The notes under the pieces: generated by a model
The model's database searches: none
Told to the model about the DNA's origin: nothing
Seen by the model: the letters and a program-made list of their open reading frames with translations, nothing else
Program-made: the position numbers and the translations under genes
Shown: positions 1-13,900 of the stretch, piece after piece
Numbering within the stretch: position 1 is the stretch's first letter
How the letters are laid out: every line of letters begins with the position of its first letter
Assembly (NCBI RefSeq): GCF_009834535.1
Contig: NC_045697.1
Coordinates: 49,168,001-49,232,000, forward strand
DNA: 64,000 nucleotides
Reading direction: 5' to 3'
From: Camelus ferus
Taxonomy: Eukaryota

Positions 1-3000
1 TTTCAGAGATTCTTTGTTCAGCTGAGGTGGGGGAGAACCCCAAGCCAGATTTTAGTTTCACTTTGAGTTTCTTCTAGGAAAAGACCAAAATTGCCTGGAA
101 TTCTAGACGTCTGGTAGAGTACGTGAAAAATAAGAAAGTATTTCAGTAGGGGGGAAAACCTTCTCCCACAATTTCAACATGCTACCAGCACTGACTTTGA
201 TTGAGTGTAGCTATGAAAAAATACAAACTGGCTGTGTCATTACTCGGGTGCAGTGTTTCAAAGTATCATAAATTTCAGTGGTCAATGCCAGGTCTTATTT
301 TGATGACTATGGATCAGCCAGGCAGAGGCAAATAAGAAACTAAACAGGGATGTGGTAGTCTATTATGGATGGGAGCTAAGTGTTAGATTTGAGACATCTC
401 ATACTGAAAGAAGCTGGATAATTTGAAACTCTGTGCATCGCTCATGTATGATTTCTTATAAGTGGAATTTTGTATCATTCCTGCCTGATTTTATTTACTT
501 TGGTTTGAAACCAAAAATATCAGCATTCAGGTAATTATTCAAAATATATGTTATTGCTGCCTGAATATCAGATGAATTAAAAGTAATTAAAAAAAACTAT
601 ACCCCCCCACAAAAAAAAACTTGAGTAAAATGAATAATTGGTAGTTCGGTAAATGACAAACTTAAACTCAGAAAGTGAGGATAGATTCGGGGCAGGATAT
701 GGAATTGTGATGTGTTTCCTCATCTTTATATTTGTTGTTATTCTCTGGCTCTAACTACTCAAGAATCTTACCCTCACCACATAAGCTCTTAGCATTTCAG
801 TTCCTAAATGGCAAATGGTGATAATACTGCCCCTGTACCTTCAAGAATATACAAAACTTAGAAACCATCAAATAAAATGGTAAACAACTTTTAATATTAT
901 CTTCACAAGAGGTGCAAAGACTTAGCATCAGAGGGCCTAGATTTGTGTTCTGACTTTTTCATTTAATAGCTATGTGACTTTTCTAACCTCACTTTCATTT
1001 GTCACTTGAGACTTAAAATATCCACACTTCAAACGTTGTTTTGACCGGCTGAGAGAGTCCACAAATGTACTTTGCAAACTATAAATTGTAACACACATTC
1101 CAGGAACCATTATTCGTTTTCCCCTCCATAAATTGCTCAAAAAATGACCCTGAATTAATGTGAATAACTGGTATGTGTTTCCATTTTGTAGTCCAATAAA
1201 CTCTCTGTAGTGTTGTTGGCAAAAGGCAAAGGTGTTTTTGGTTTGGTTTTTCATCTGCTCTGGCCAAATCCTATCTATAGCCCGCAGCCCAGAAGTTCAC
1301 ACTTATCCTGTCATTCACTCAAACTGGGACAGGCTGTGGGGTTTTGCGCCTTCACTGGCATCACCTGCTCTGCACCTGCCTGAGCCGTGCCTCCAATCTT
1401 TCCTTAATCCTAGTGGCATTCTGCCACATTCCCCTCTGATTCCGTGTGTGCCTGTTCCACCTGCTCCACTGCACGTTGTGATGAAAAAAGAAAACCTTAG
1501 TTAATGCCATCAAACACTTTCCTTCAAAGACTTTAATGATGAAACAGCCAAACAATTAATGGGGCGGGACAGGATGTGAGAGTGACTAGGATGAGGTAAT
1601 ACAGACAGTGTGTTGTCACAGAGCTCCCGGGAAAAAGGGACCTGGTTGAGTATCAGATGCTGCTATTTGCTTGTTGGAAAGTCAGTCGGCATTTCTGTAC
1701 CTGTTGATTTCAGGGGCCCTCTATTCTACTTGGCATAAGAGAGTTCAAGCACCTCCCAGTGAGTGTGGTTCTCGGATGTATATAGTTACAGTGGCTGAGA
1801 AGTATCTTTGAGGGGTCAGCCAGTGCAGCCCGTCCTGCTGGGAGAATGGATTATGCTTGTCTTATGCTACTGGTGTGACTGTTGTAGTCTTATTCTCAGG
1901 ACACTTCTCAACCTCTTGCAGTAATATATTCCTTATTTCCAACCCATGTCCCTACTGCAAGAACACGAAACCTATTTATTCCTACTTGTCTGCAAATAAC
2001 AAAAGTTTCACATTCAGAGTCTGACATTTGGGCTGGTAACAGCTGAGGAGACCTCTTTTTGAGTTACTCTGAAGTATTTAAATACCTACCACTTAGCTTA
2101 ACCCACATCTGAGTTAAGCAGAGGACTTCAAGAAGCAACACACATGCTTTCCTGCACTTAAAGAGAAGTCCTCTCTCGTGTCTTAAAGTCACGTAAAATT
2201 TCCTGTATGGAAAACACAACGTGACCCTTACGTATGTGGACCACGTTTGATATATTGATATAGTTGGTGAAATAATGTGAAGTGACAAAAAAAAAGAACC
2301 CAAGTAGGCAAAAAAATTGAAAAGAGAATTCAGAGTATATGAATGTTTTTTAAGGCAAGTGGCTGAATGAAAAAACGAGTGCCACCTCAATGAGTACAGA
2401 AAAGCAAAAAGAGATAAGAAGCCCTTTTTTTTGTTGATCCGATAAGCAGTGTTTAATGAAAGGCATTTGAGGAATGTAAGCTAATTCATCTTGCTTCTTG
2501 CATTGGATGACCTTGAGCATATGATAATATGTATCAAAAGTTTAAAAAATGTTCATGTTCTTTTATCTGGTAATTTCACTTTTAGTGGTCTATTTAGAAA
2601 TTAAAAGTACAGGAAGGATTTTTAGTCGTAAAGATATTTATTCATTATTTATAGTAGGAAAAATTTCAAAAGTAAATATTCAATAATAAGAAAATGGTTA
2701 AGTAAGTTATTTCCACATAATATTACAGACTCATTAAATTAGGCCTACAAAGAACTTTTGTTAACACTGGAAATATGTTACACACATAAGTAAAGAAACT
2801 ATATATATGTGTATGTGTATATATGTATATACACAATTGTATATGTGTATAAAAATTGTGTATAGCATATACTATATATTATATTATATATATCTTAGTT
2901 CTGTAAACAAATTTTTTATAGAAAAATGACTAAAAGGAAACAGACCAAACTACTAAAAAAAAAAAAAGTATTTTGCTTCTTGAAGTCTTCCACTTAACTC

Positions 3001-3264
3001 AGATGTGAGCTAGGCCAAGTGGTTAAGCATTTAAATGTTTCAGAGTAACCCATGCTATTTCCTCAAAATCAAAGCTCCTTCCTCAGGTAAAGAATTTGTA
3101 AGAATATGGATTGTCTATCTGAGCCCTTAAGAAGTGTAACTTCGAAAGAATATACAAGAAGAAAAACCTTTAATTGGAAATGTGATTGTATTAATACTGC
3201 TTTCTTCTGGTGCAGCTACTCATGTATACTTGGGTTCCTGGCCCTAGGTTTATGTTTTTAAATC

Positions 3265-4320
3265 TTTTTATTGAAATATAATTAACTTAACATTAAAAGT
3301 CACCATTTAAAGGTTTACAATTCAGTGGTTTTTAGTATATTCGCAAGGTTATGCAACCACCACTGCTATCTAATTCCAGGACATTTTCATCACCTCTCCC
3401 TCCCCAAAAACTACAACCTATTAGCAATCACTTCCATTCCCCCCTCCCACCAGCTCCTGGTAACCACTAATCTACTTTCTGTCTCTGTGGATTTGCCTAT
3501 TCTGGACAACCACATAAATGGAATGGATTTTACATGAACTTGTACAATATATGACTTTTGTGCCTGCCTTCTTTCACTTGGCATACTGATCACAAGATTC
3601 ATCCATGTCATAGCATGTGTCAGCACTTAATTCCTTTTCATGGCTTAGTAATATTCCATTGTATGGATATACACTTTGTTTATCCATTGTTCAGTTGATG
3701 AATATTTGGGTTGTCTCTACTTTTTGGCTATTGTGAATAATGCTGCTATGAACATTTGTGCACAAGTTTTTGTATGAACATTGGATACATACCTTGGAGT
3801 GGAATTCTCTTGGGTATATACATAGGGGTGGAATTTTGGAGTCATATGGCAATGCTATGTTTAACTTTTTGAGAAACTGCCAAACTATTTTCCACAGCAG
3901 CTGCAACATTTTACATTCCTACCAGCAAAGTAAGAAGGCTCCGGTTTCCCCATATCTTCATCAGTGCTGGTTATTTTCCTGTTTTTTAATTGCCATCCTC
4001 GTAGGTATAAAGTTGTATCTCATTGTGAGTTTTACTTGTATTGTTTGTTTTATGAGGGAGAGGTAGTTAGGTTTATTCCTTGACTTTTGCTTGGAGAAAG
4101 TACTGGGGATTGAACCCAGGACCTCTTGGGTGCTGAGCATGCGCTCTACCACTGAGCTATACCCTTCGCCCTCCTTGTGGTTTTGATTTGCGTTTTCTAA
4201 TGACTAATAGTGTTGAGCATCTTTTCATGTACTTACTGGCTGTTTGTATATGTACTTGTATATTTTCTTTGGAGAAAAGTCTCTTCAGATCCTTTGTCCA
4301 TTATTTAATGGGACTTATAG
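3265..4320 (-). mobile_element. L1 (L1M-type) 3' end fragment, interrupted by a SINE
   Basis: Reverse complement of typical L1 3' motifs (caattcagtggtttttagtatattc; aataatgctgctatgaacatt; gttgagcatcttttcatgt). Minus-strand pseudo-ORFs resemble the L1 ORF2 C-terminus. Confidence 0.85.
4036..4174 (-). mobile_element. tRNA-Ala-derived SINE (camelid Vic-1-like)
   Basis: Reverse complement reads GGGTATAGCTCAGTGGTAGAGCGCATGCTCAGCACCCAAGAGGTCCTGGGTTCAATCCCCAGTAC plus an A-rich tail; A and B boxes present; nested in L1. Confidence 0.85.
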
Positions 4321-4459
4321 TTTTTAAAACCATAAAGTAATAATATGGTTAATATAGGATTTAGCAAAATAGTCGCTCTGTTCTCTATTTCTGGCTCAAT
4401 TGCATGTAGCCATTAGGCCCAATCAGGACAGTTTCATAAAGATTAAATGTGTTAGTTAC

Positions 4460-4834
4460 TGTATCAGTTAGGGTTCTCTAGAAAAGCAGAATCCATGGAG
4501 ATCTGTGTATCTATATCAAGAGATTCGTATTAAGAAACTGGCTTATGTGATTGTGGGGCTGGCAGGTGGCAAGTCTGAAACCCATAGGACAAGTTGGCTG
4601 GAAACACAGGCAAGATTTCTATGTTACAGTCTTGAGGAGAGTTCCTTTTCTCCAGGGAACCTCAGGTTTTGCTTTTAAAGCCTTCAGCTGATTGAATGAG
4701 CCCACATTTTCCATAGTAATCTTCGCTTAAAGTAAGCTGATCACATCTACAAAATACAGCAACATCTAGAATATTGTTTAACCAGACAACTGGGTACCAT
4801 AAGCCTAGGCAAGTTAATACACGTAACTGTCATA
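4460..4834 (-). mobile_element. MLT2-type (ERVL) solo LTR
   Basis: tgtatcagttagggttctctagaaaagcagaa...aagttaatacacgtaactgtcata, flanked by a 5-bp TSD gttac (4455-4459, 4835-4839). Confidence 0.8.
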
Positions 4835-4867
4835 GTTACTTTAATGACCGTATTCACTTATTTTTAG

Positions 4868-4959
4868 AAAAATGGGACTAATGATGGAGACTATGTCTTT
4901 CTAACCGGAGAGGACAATTACCTTAATTTTTCCAAGATTGTGGAATGGAATGGGAAAAC
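4868..4959 (+). CDS. SCARB2: SCARB2 exon 5 (92 nt)
   Basis: tttttag|AAAAAT...AAAAC|gtaagt; KNGTNDGDYVFLTGEDNYLNFSKIVEWNGKT. Confidence 0.95.
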
Positions 4960-7900
4960 GTAAGTCTAATGATTTATTGGTGTAATTATTTTTTTAATTT
5001 TTATTTAAACTGAATATCCACTTCTGCATTATTTCAGAAAAATTTTAGCACCGTCATTTTTTGGATAAAAAAATCGATAAACTAAAAAATATCTATAAAC
5101 ATGTAAAATACTGTAACATATAATATGTAGAATTATTTTATAAATCAGGGTTGGGGCAAGGTACTCCATGAGTTAAATATGAATGATCTGTAGATTTAGC
5201 TTATCCAGTTGTGACTTACAAGCCAGTGGGGAATTTCACTCTTCCACTTAGTCGTCATTGAGTGACGCGCAGCTGCAGCACAAATCCTTCTCCAATCATT
5301 CCTTGTTTTGGGGGGAAGAAAGAGGCTCTCTTTTTAATTTAATTTAGTGATTCTGCATTGTTCATGTATTTTTCTTTTAAGATGAAATACATTTGAGTTC
5401 AGTATTATAGCATTTCAAAATATTTTATTTTAATATTTATGACTTACAAACTACTTCCAAAAAGGGACTGAGGCAGTTTGCAATAAAGCCACACATAAAG
5501 CAAAATGATTTTTTTTTAAGTCATAGAAATTAAAAATCTTTGAGAGAAAAGGAAGCTGATTCTTCAGGGACTATGGTAAGAGGAATTCTATTCTTGAACA
5601 TTAAATTTACTTCGAAGCTTCCCAGAATACAGGCAAAAAACTAGTATGGAGTATTATTTCATAACTTTTCTGTGAAGCTAAAATTGTTTTTAAATGAAAA
5701 GTTTATTTAAATTTTTCTTTGGAGAGGGAACTACATGACTGGGTACTGGGCTGGGAGGGAAATTTACTTGTAAACAGGATATAGCTGGATTTTGTTTTAA
5801 ACCTAATTTGTTATTTTCTTTCCAGTCTTTTAATGGGAGAGTTTAATCCTTTTATATACGTATTGTAATTACTGATACATTTATGATATAATAATGTATT
5901 ACTTGATATATTTAGACTTATTTCTACGTTCTTTTTCACCCTTAGCTGGTTTATGTCTATTCTACCCTTAGTTTACATTTAATAGTATTTTCCTAACAGA
6001 ATCGAAAGCTATCTATTATCTCCCTTTTTTAAACAAGACAATATCTTTACCCATTTCTTAACACACACACACATCCTCTGTGTTATTCTTGTCTGCCACT
6101 TGTTCCACCTTCTTAGGAAGCCAAATATAAGTACAAAGTTCATTATTTTTATAGTAAATATTTATTATTATTTTGCCTTCTCACATCTTCCCCTTGGGTT
6201 TAGTTTTCTTCTTGCTGAAGATCCTTAGTACGTTGATTCTCAAATAGAGGCAGTTTTGCCCCCCCCACCCCCCTAGAGGACATTTGGTGATGTCTGGACA
6301 CATCTTTGGTTGTCACAACTGGAGGGGGCTACTGGCATCTACTGGATGGAGACTTGGGATGCTGCTAACTGTCCTGTAGTGTACAGCCCCCCACAAAGAA
6401 TTATCAGGCTCGAAGTGTTAACAGGTTGAGGAGCCTTGCATTACTAGTTCCTTCAGGAAGGATCTGTGGGTAGTGAACTGTCTTAGATTTTGCATATTTA
6501 AAAATATCTATTTCACTCTCAGTTTGTAACAATTTTAGTTAGGTACAGTCTAGAGTTTATCCCTATATTGAGTTTTTCTTTCAGAAATTATTTTTATTCC
6601 CAAGATTTCTTTTTCATTCTTTAGATCTCTCTACTCTTACTTCATTCTTTCTTTTTTATTTTTTTTGAGAATTTACCATTCTTTTCTAAGGATGGTGTTC
6701 TTTCATTTGTCTCTTTGAGGATACTAAACAACATATTTATTTAAAGTATTAGCCAGATTGTTCAGTTATTTTAATTTCTTTTAAAGTGAATTCATCTCCT
6801 CATTGTTGATTTTGTTGCCTGTCTCTTAGCACAAGTTTCTTTCATTTAAAAGACAAATGTTGATTAGCAGAATTATTGCAGTCGGGAAGTCTGTCTGTTA
6901 TCTATCCATCCATCCATCCTCTCACCTTGCCCTGGGCAGCACTTTTGCAGTTGCCCCCATGTAGCCCACCCAGGAGCCCCCCAAACAGGACACATGGTGG
7001 GCCTCTACCTCATAATTACGCAGAGGTCATCACAGACCTAGCCAAAGAGTCAGCAGGCGGCTTGACTCGGATTCAGGTTGTGAGGCTGTGTGTGGGGCTT
7101 CCTGCCCGCCAGTGACTCGGCTTTGCTTTCTTTGCCTCTCTTAGTGAGCAGAGGATCCCTGGCCCCAGACCCTGATTTCAGGCCTGCAGCTCATTAACCT
7201 AGGAACTGGCCTTGCAGATCTGTCTCCTGGCTTCCAGACCTGCAGCCTGGTGGACCAGCAGCTTTAGCCCTACTCACCACGTGGCTTTTATCACCTTTCA
7301 TTGTCTAGGGAGATTTTGTTTGAGTGTAGACCTTTTAAATGTTATCTCTCTTGTGTTTTATCAACCACTGCTGTATGTTTTCACTTGGAAGAGACCCTCA
7401 GTACATGAACTTAGAGTGCCACCTTGACCAGAAGTTGGAAGAATTACTATTTATTACCCATCCTTTCCTGTCTTTTGCATTTTGTACCATTATTCAAGGA
7501 ATTAATTTTTAAAAACCCACTATCTCAACTGTGCTTTTAGTGTGTATAAAGTCGATTCAATATTAAGCTTTCTTGTGGCCCAAGAGAAGTCCTCTGCTAA
7601 TTTTGTAATAGAGAGCTGTTTATGGGGGAGTTAATGCTGTCATGAGTATTATCTATCTGAACATATCTGTTTAGAGCTTGTCTGTCAACAAGGCTATTGT
7701 GAATGCCAAATTAGATCACTGCTTTAAGTAAATGGATATTCCTAAACCTCTATGTAAGATACTCTTATTTTTGAGGAAGGAAAGAGATTTTTGGCTGTTG
7801 CCTCTGTCAGAATTGATTTGGGGTCAGGGGCCTGCTTTTCCCCTCTTGATCCCATCCCCAACCAATATCACCCCATGTGTCCGCATGTGAGTAAGATTCT

Positions 7901-10900
7901 GTGGATAGCCAGCGCCCAGTTAAGTCTTGAAAAGTCCCGACCATTATAAAAAGCCTGAAATCCAGTGTGATCATCTAGACCCTTTCTTGTGCTCCCAACA
8001 ACAGGTCACTTGACTGGTGGACAGCTGACGAATGCAATATGATCAATGGAACTGATGGAGATTCTTTTCACCCATTAATCACCAAAGACGAAGTCCTTTA
8101 TGTCTTCCCATCTGACTTTTGCAGGTAAGAACTTGAAAAATTAGTTCTTTGACTGCAGGACCACTAAAGCTGCGAGGAATGCGTGTAGCTGTACTTATTT
8201 GATAAGGATGTGTATGCATAATCGGTGATCAGTGATCTTGGCTCATTGAGAGACAGCACAGTGTAGTGTGGTGGTTCACTCCAGAGCCAGGCTGCGTTGG
8301 TTTGAATACCAGCTTCACCACTTACAGCTGTGTGACCTTGGGAGAGTTATTTAACCACTCTGTGCCTCACTTTCCTCATTTGTAAAATAAAGATAGAAAT
8401 AGTTGCCTACCTTGGAAATTGTTTTAAAGATAAATGAGTTACTTTAGTAACATACTTAACCCAGAGCTTGTCACATGGTAAATATTAAATGCTGGCTCTT
8501 AGTTATTATAATATGCTCTGTCAAGCATGAAATTTGATCTGGTCTGCTTCCAGTCAACAGGTAATCACTACATAAGAGATAAAGAAATCACACCGTTGTC
8601 CACATTTCAGAGTTGATAAGTCTGCTGAGCTCTGACCTTCCCACTGATGATATATCTTGTGCCTGCCCTGCATCTCTCCCTCTCTCCTGCCTGCTCCTTC
8701 TCTGCAGACGAGTGTCATTCAGTCCCTTCTGTGGGAAGAAGGGTCCTGCCCTGCACCTTGATGCCCAACTCCCCGTCACCACTGCGCCTTCTCCCGCCCT
8801 TCAGCCTCAGACTGCTCCAATGAGGGGCTGACTCACGCAGCCTCCCTTTCCTCTCCTGCTCGCTCCTGCAAGGCTGTTTGTGAAACTTCTCCTCAGTCAG
8901 AAGTAACTTCATTGCCTTTGACGCTGTAGAGTCAGCATTCTCAAGAACGGCTGTTCTTCTGGACTTTCATATCTCACACAATTGCAACACCGCCCAGTCA
9001 GCCTTGCCAGAGTCATTGGCAACACCATAAACCTCGCTCCTCTCTTGCATTAAGTCAGCCACCAAGTGGTATCATCCTCCTCAGAAATAGCACTTTTTAA
9101 AAAAGATTAAATTACTGGGGATCCAACCCAGGACCTCATGCATGCTAAGCACACACTCTGCCACTGGGCTCTACCCTCCCCCCAGAAACAGCCCTTCTTT
9201 CACTGCCCTCTGCATCCCTGCTCTTTGTGCCGCGGTGCAGCTGCTCTGCTCAGTCAGTATTTGTGGCAGGACTGAAGGCAGAGGAAATTTGCTTGAGTGC
9301 AGTGAATGAGACAAGGACACCTAGGAGGGCAAGAGGGGACTTACTGAAAATTTGACACAGAGGAGACTCATTCTTACCCCGGTATCACCACTTCTGAAGA
9401 GCCGCTTGGCAATGCTTAGTAAAGCCAAAGGTGTGCAAACCCCATGATTCCACACTTCCCTCCTACCTAGGTTCCCTGGCCTGAAGAACTTTGTGTATAT
9501 ATGAAGGAGACTTATACAGAAATGGTCATTGCAACGTTGATTGTGGTTTGGAAAAACTGGAAGTGTCCTTGGAAACAATCAGTAAACAATCTACAATAGG
9601 AATGGAAAAGAGTTTTATTTAAGCCCAACTGAGGGTTATAGCCTGGGAGACACAGATTCAGTAAGCACTCGAATTGTGTTTTGCTGGACTGCAAGATGAG
9701 GTAAGCTTCTAAAAGCAAAAAACCTCAAAGTTACAGTTAGTTATATGAGTTTTTTTATCAAAAATTATAATTGGAGCCGGCGAGAAGTAAGGGTGCTTGT
9801 TAAGCCAGGATTGGTTGGCATCTGAAATTGTTGCATAGTTACAAGGGGCGACCTTGAGACCATGCGGCTGCAGCTGGCAGCTGCCAGCAGATACTGTTTT
9901 GAGAACAGCTGGTGGTGTCCTTGAGTCTGATACAGTTCGGGAAGTTTAAGTTCTCAGTGATACAGGGACATGTCTAAAACCACATCCACAGTGGCCACCT
10001 GGCTCCGTCCTAAATGGCTGAACCACAGTTGCTCCATTTTGATTGTTAAAGGCGTTCTTTTCTTTAATGGTTAAAGCAGATGTACGATACATGTTTGATA
10101 GGCCAAAAGACAGGCCATTCTAGTTAGCATAAAGTTTAACTTAAATCAATACATAAGCCGTAATGACTTCCCCATTTCGCAATATATGAAAATTTCTTAC
10201 ATCAGAAGCAATATAAGTACCTGAAAGAAGGAGAATATAAATGACGGTGTATGCATATGCTAAAATATCATATAGGAAATAAAATGTAAGAACCAGAGCC
10301 ATGCACATTAATATAATAAATCTTAAAAATATAATGTTGAATGAAAGATTAAATTATAGAAAGAGAATGTTGTATACTGTTTATATAACATTTAAAAATA
10401 GCAAATAGTGCCACATGTTGTTTATGACCATGCACATAGGTAATGCTATAAAGGCCTGCGTGGAATTGATAAACCCAAATTCAGGACAGCAGTTACCTCT
10501 AGGGACCAGAGAAGGACTAGATTCAGGAGTGCTGCACAGAGAGCTTCAGTTGTATCCATAAATACATGTTTTATTTATCTGAGTGGTATTTGTTATAAAA
10601 GATATTACATTTTCTCTGTTTTCCTGTTTGCCTAAGAATTTTCATTGAAAAATGCTGTAGTGGTGGTATGTGCAGTGAAAGGCAACTCCCGTGTAAGTCA
10701 CAACGCAGCAAGAGACAGGTCCCACCTCTGGTTCAGAGATGGAAAAGTGAGGCCCCCAAAGCAACTCCCCTCAGCCTTCAGATGCCTTCAGAGGCAGGGC
10801 TGGGGGGTCAGTTAAGACAGCGATGTGAACGTGCTTGGCGGTCACTCAGGTGCTGTGCAGGTGTAAGGGTGGTTAGTAGGATACTTGACACTGTCTGAAA

Positions 10901-13900
10901 CTGTGACCACTGAAGGCAGAATGATGTTGGACTCCATTGAAATAAGTGACTTGGGCAGATATGGAAACTATTTTTATTTAGTGGAAATGGGTATCAAAGT
11001 ATATCTTCTAGTCAAGCATCTGTCTACTGTGGCACTTTTCCAGGCCTTCAGAACCTGCCAGGCCACACCATTCTCTGCCTCTTCTGCTTCTGCTTTGCCT
11101 CACCCCTGGCTTCCCTTCCTTTGCCTCTGCTTTATCCACACTGGCATGTGTCCCTGCTGGTCTAGACCACTCATTTCTTTCTGCGTGAGTCTCCATTCAA
11201 ACTGACATCTTGATTTTCGATCACACATTATGTTTTTTCTTGGCCTTGTTGGGGTGTCAGCATAGTTACTGCCTCTTAAACATCTTTCATTACAGTCCGT
11301 CTCTTACTTTATTGGACACTGAGGGGATTGAGCTTCTCTCAGGCTTTTTTTTTTGCCTCTTCATTTTCTATTCATCCTGTAAGCTCTTAGCCGTGTTATA
11401 CCCAAGAACGGTTGGCTACCTTTACTGATTCCGGCAGATCACACCGACTAGTACCCACATTGGCTTTTTGTTCTTACTTCCTAACAGGTCAGTTCATATA
11501 ATTTTCAGTGACTATGAGCGCGTACAGGGACTTCCTGCCTTGCGGTATAAGGTGCCTGCAGAAATATTAGCCAATACCTCAGACAATGCTGGCTTCTGTA
11601 TCCCTAAAGGAAACTGCCTGGGCTCAGGAGTTTTGAATGTCAGCGTCTGCAAGAATGGTAAGAACTCGGAGAGGGCACATGGGCAGGAGTGGCTGGATGC
11701 GGGATTGGTGCTAGTCAACAAAGAATGTTGTCAGCCCAACAGAAACAGCCACTCTGACCTCTCAAGCATAATGTTTTGTAACATGGCTATAGCATGGTTT
11801 AAAAAAAAAAAGCATTGGCTTTTTTGTAATGACTTATTGCTAGAATGCCATGTGCTTTTTCTGGGCAGTGTTTTAGGAGTCTTCATAGTAATAATAGTTC
11901 ACGTTTACTAGCACTTACTAGTGGCAGTCACTGTGTTCAGTGCTTTACATGTTTACATATAGGTAATACACGTAAAGCATTAACTGATTTCATGTCAAAA
12001 CGGCTAAGAGAGAAAGCGGAGAACTCGGTAATAGGGAAGTACATATCTTGGTAATGATTCTCAGTGATTTCGAAGCAGAGTTAGTTTTAGACTCTGCCCA
12101 CAAAGTTCCTGGTGCTTCTTAATGTTGGAGCTACTCGGATCCTTTCTGGGCATGAGGCAGAATGAGCAGGGTACAGCTGACGAAGGCGTTTTCTTTATCA
12201 CGAGGGCTAGTTTTTGCAATCATCTGTCACACGATTATTGACACTAGCCTTGCCAGATAGACAGCCAATGGCCTCTTTTTATAATTGTGGAAACCAGTGC
12301 TCAGAGAAAGAACAGGATTTTTATAAAATCCTCATCTTCAAGCAAATTCCTGCTAGAACTTAGGGTCTTCTCATATTCGTACTGTGATTTTTCTTAGGCT
12401 ACAATTCTTCTCAAGAGAAACTATGTAACCTCTTTCACCTGATTAAAGTTGTACTTTTTGCTTGAATAATGTACTAACTTTTGCCCCCTTCTCCATTTGG
12501 TTTGAAAATCTTTTGAGATAAGCCTCCCTGTCTTCCCAAGGGAGGTCCTGCATAAGAATTATCTGTAGAATCATTAATAACATCTGTCCCAAGGCCCACA
12601 TACTAGGGCCTCAGAATCTGTATTTTTAATGAGCTTCAATTCATTCTCGTGAAGGTGGTGCCTATGCGATTGGGAACCACTGTGCTGGGGAGCACACACC
12701 CCTGCCCTGGAGATGAGCCCAGAGGAGGATAGGAACAGGTATCTGCTTCTCCCTCTCCTGCAGGCTCACTGGGCCTGAAACAGCGCCTGCCTGCTCAGCC
12801 CCGGTGCCTGTGGCTCAATGCACAAATATAGACGTATTTTTCTTATTGTTTTATTAACAGTCTGTTTTCTCAAGAAGTTGCTGGCAGAATCAACAGTAGG
12901 CGTCCACTCTGCAATAGTCATATCTCTTGCTATAACCCTTTTCCTCTTGCCTCTTACATATTCCCAGATGTGGACTAAAAGGTTACCCTCCAGGATTGTC
13001 CCCAAGTGTTTTGCATTCCCAGGGGAACATTTTGGCTAGTGTGATGAGTGAGCAGTCTGGAGTCAGGTGGATCTGGATTTGAATATTATTCTATTTGTTA
13101 GCAAATTGGCCAAGTTGAAGAAGGAGGGTTCCAGACAGCAGTTTTCTCATCTGTAAAATGGGGATGCTTATAACTTCCTTGGAAGGTTGAGTGGAGGTTA
13201 GAGATAAAATGTATGAAAGATACTCAGGGCAGTGTCTGGCCCTTATTAAGTCCTCAACAGATCTTTAAAAATACATTTTAAAGGTCATTGTAGGTCACAA
13301 AGAAGGAAATTATGTCTTTGTGGAACTGTGTACCAATAGAGAGCAAAACTGTGTGTATGACAGATGTGGTGTTTGAGCCCTGGACTGGTGGATAGGTGAG
13401 CAGACTTAAATTATTTGCCAATAGGCTAATTCCTCCAAAAATGTATTTCCATGGCAGCAATTATTGGGTCTCGCTCTCCTTTTCAAGAGCAAAATCTAGA
13501 ATGGGTTACCTTTAATAACTTGCTTCTCTATTTATTTCTCAAAATAAAATGAGATTAAAAAAACAAAACAAAACTAGTGTCTTCCTGTGGGCAGGCCCTG
13601 ATCTAGTCAGAGGCTGGACAGATGGCAGGACCAGGCAGTCTTAAAAAATTCTGCATCAGCATATGCAGTAGAACAAAGCCTATCTTGGGTAAAACAAAAA
13701 CAGAAAAACAGAAAAGAAAAGGGGGAAAGTCCATTCACTGGTGAGAATCATAATTGAAACAAGTGCTTTGAGATGAGCAGTCCCTCACTTGGTCAGAATT
13801 CTGCCTCCATTACCTGATAGCTGGATGTCCTGGGGAAATTTTTAACTTCTCTGAACCTCAAATGCAAAATGAAGCTAATAGTTTCAACTTTGGAGGGCTG

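Noticed and set aside
3325..4152. Cluster of ORFs with L1 ORF2-like peptides (also 48916, 51999 and 56752)
   Set aside because: Fragmented, frameshifted L1 remnants rather than genes.
4100..4170. Possible tRNA-Ala genes (also at 9114-9183 and 18253-18310)
   Set aside because: They have A-rich tails, TSDs and disrupted stems or a deleted B box, so they are SINE copies and not functional tRNAs.
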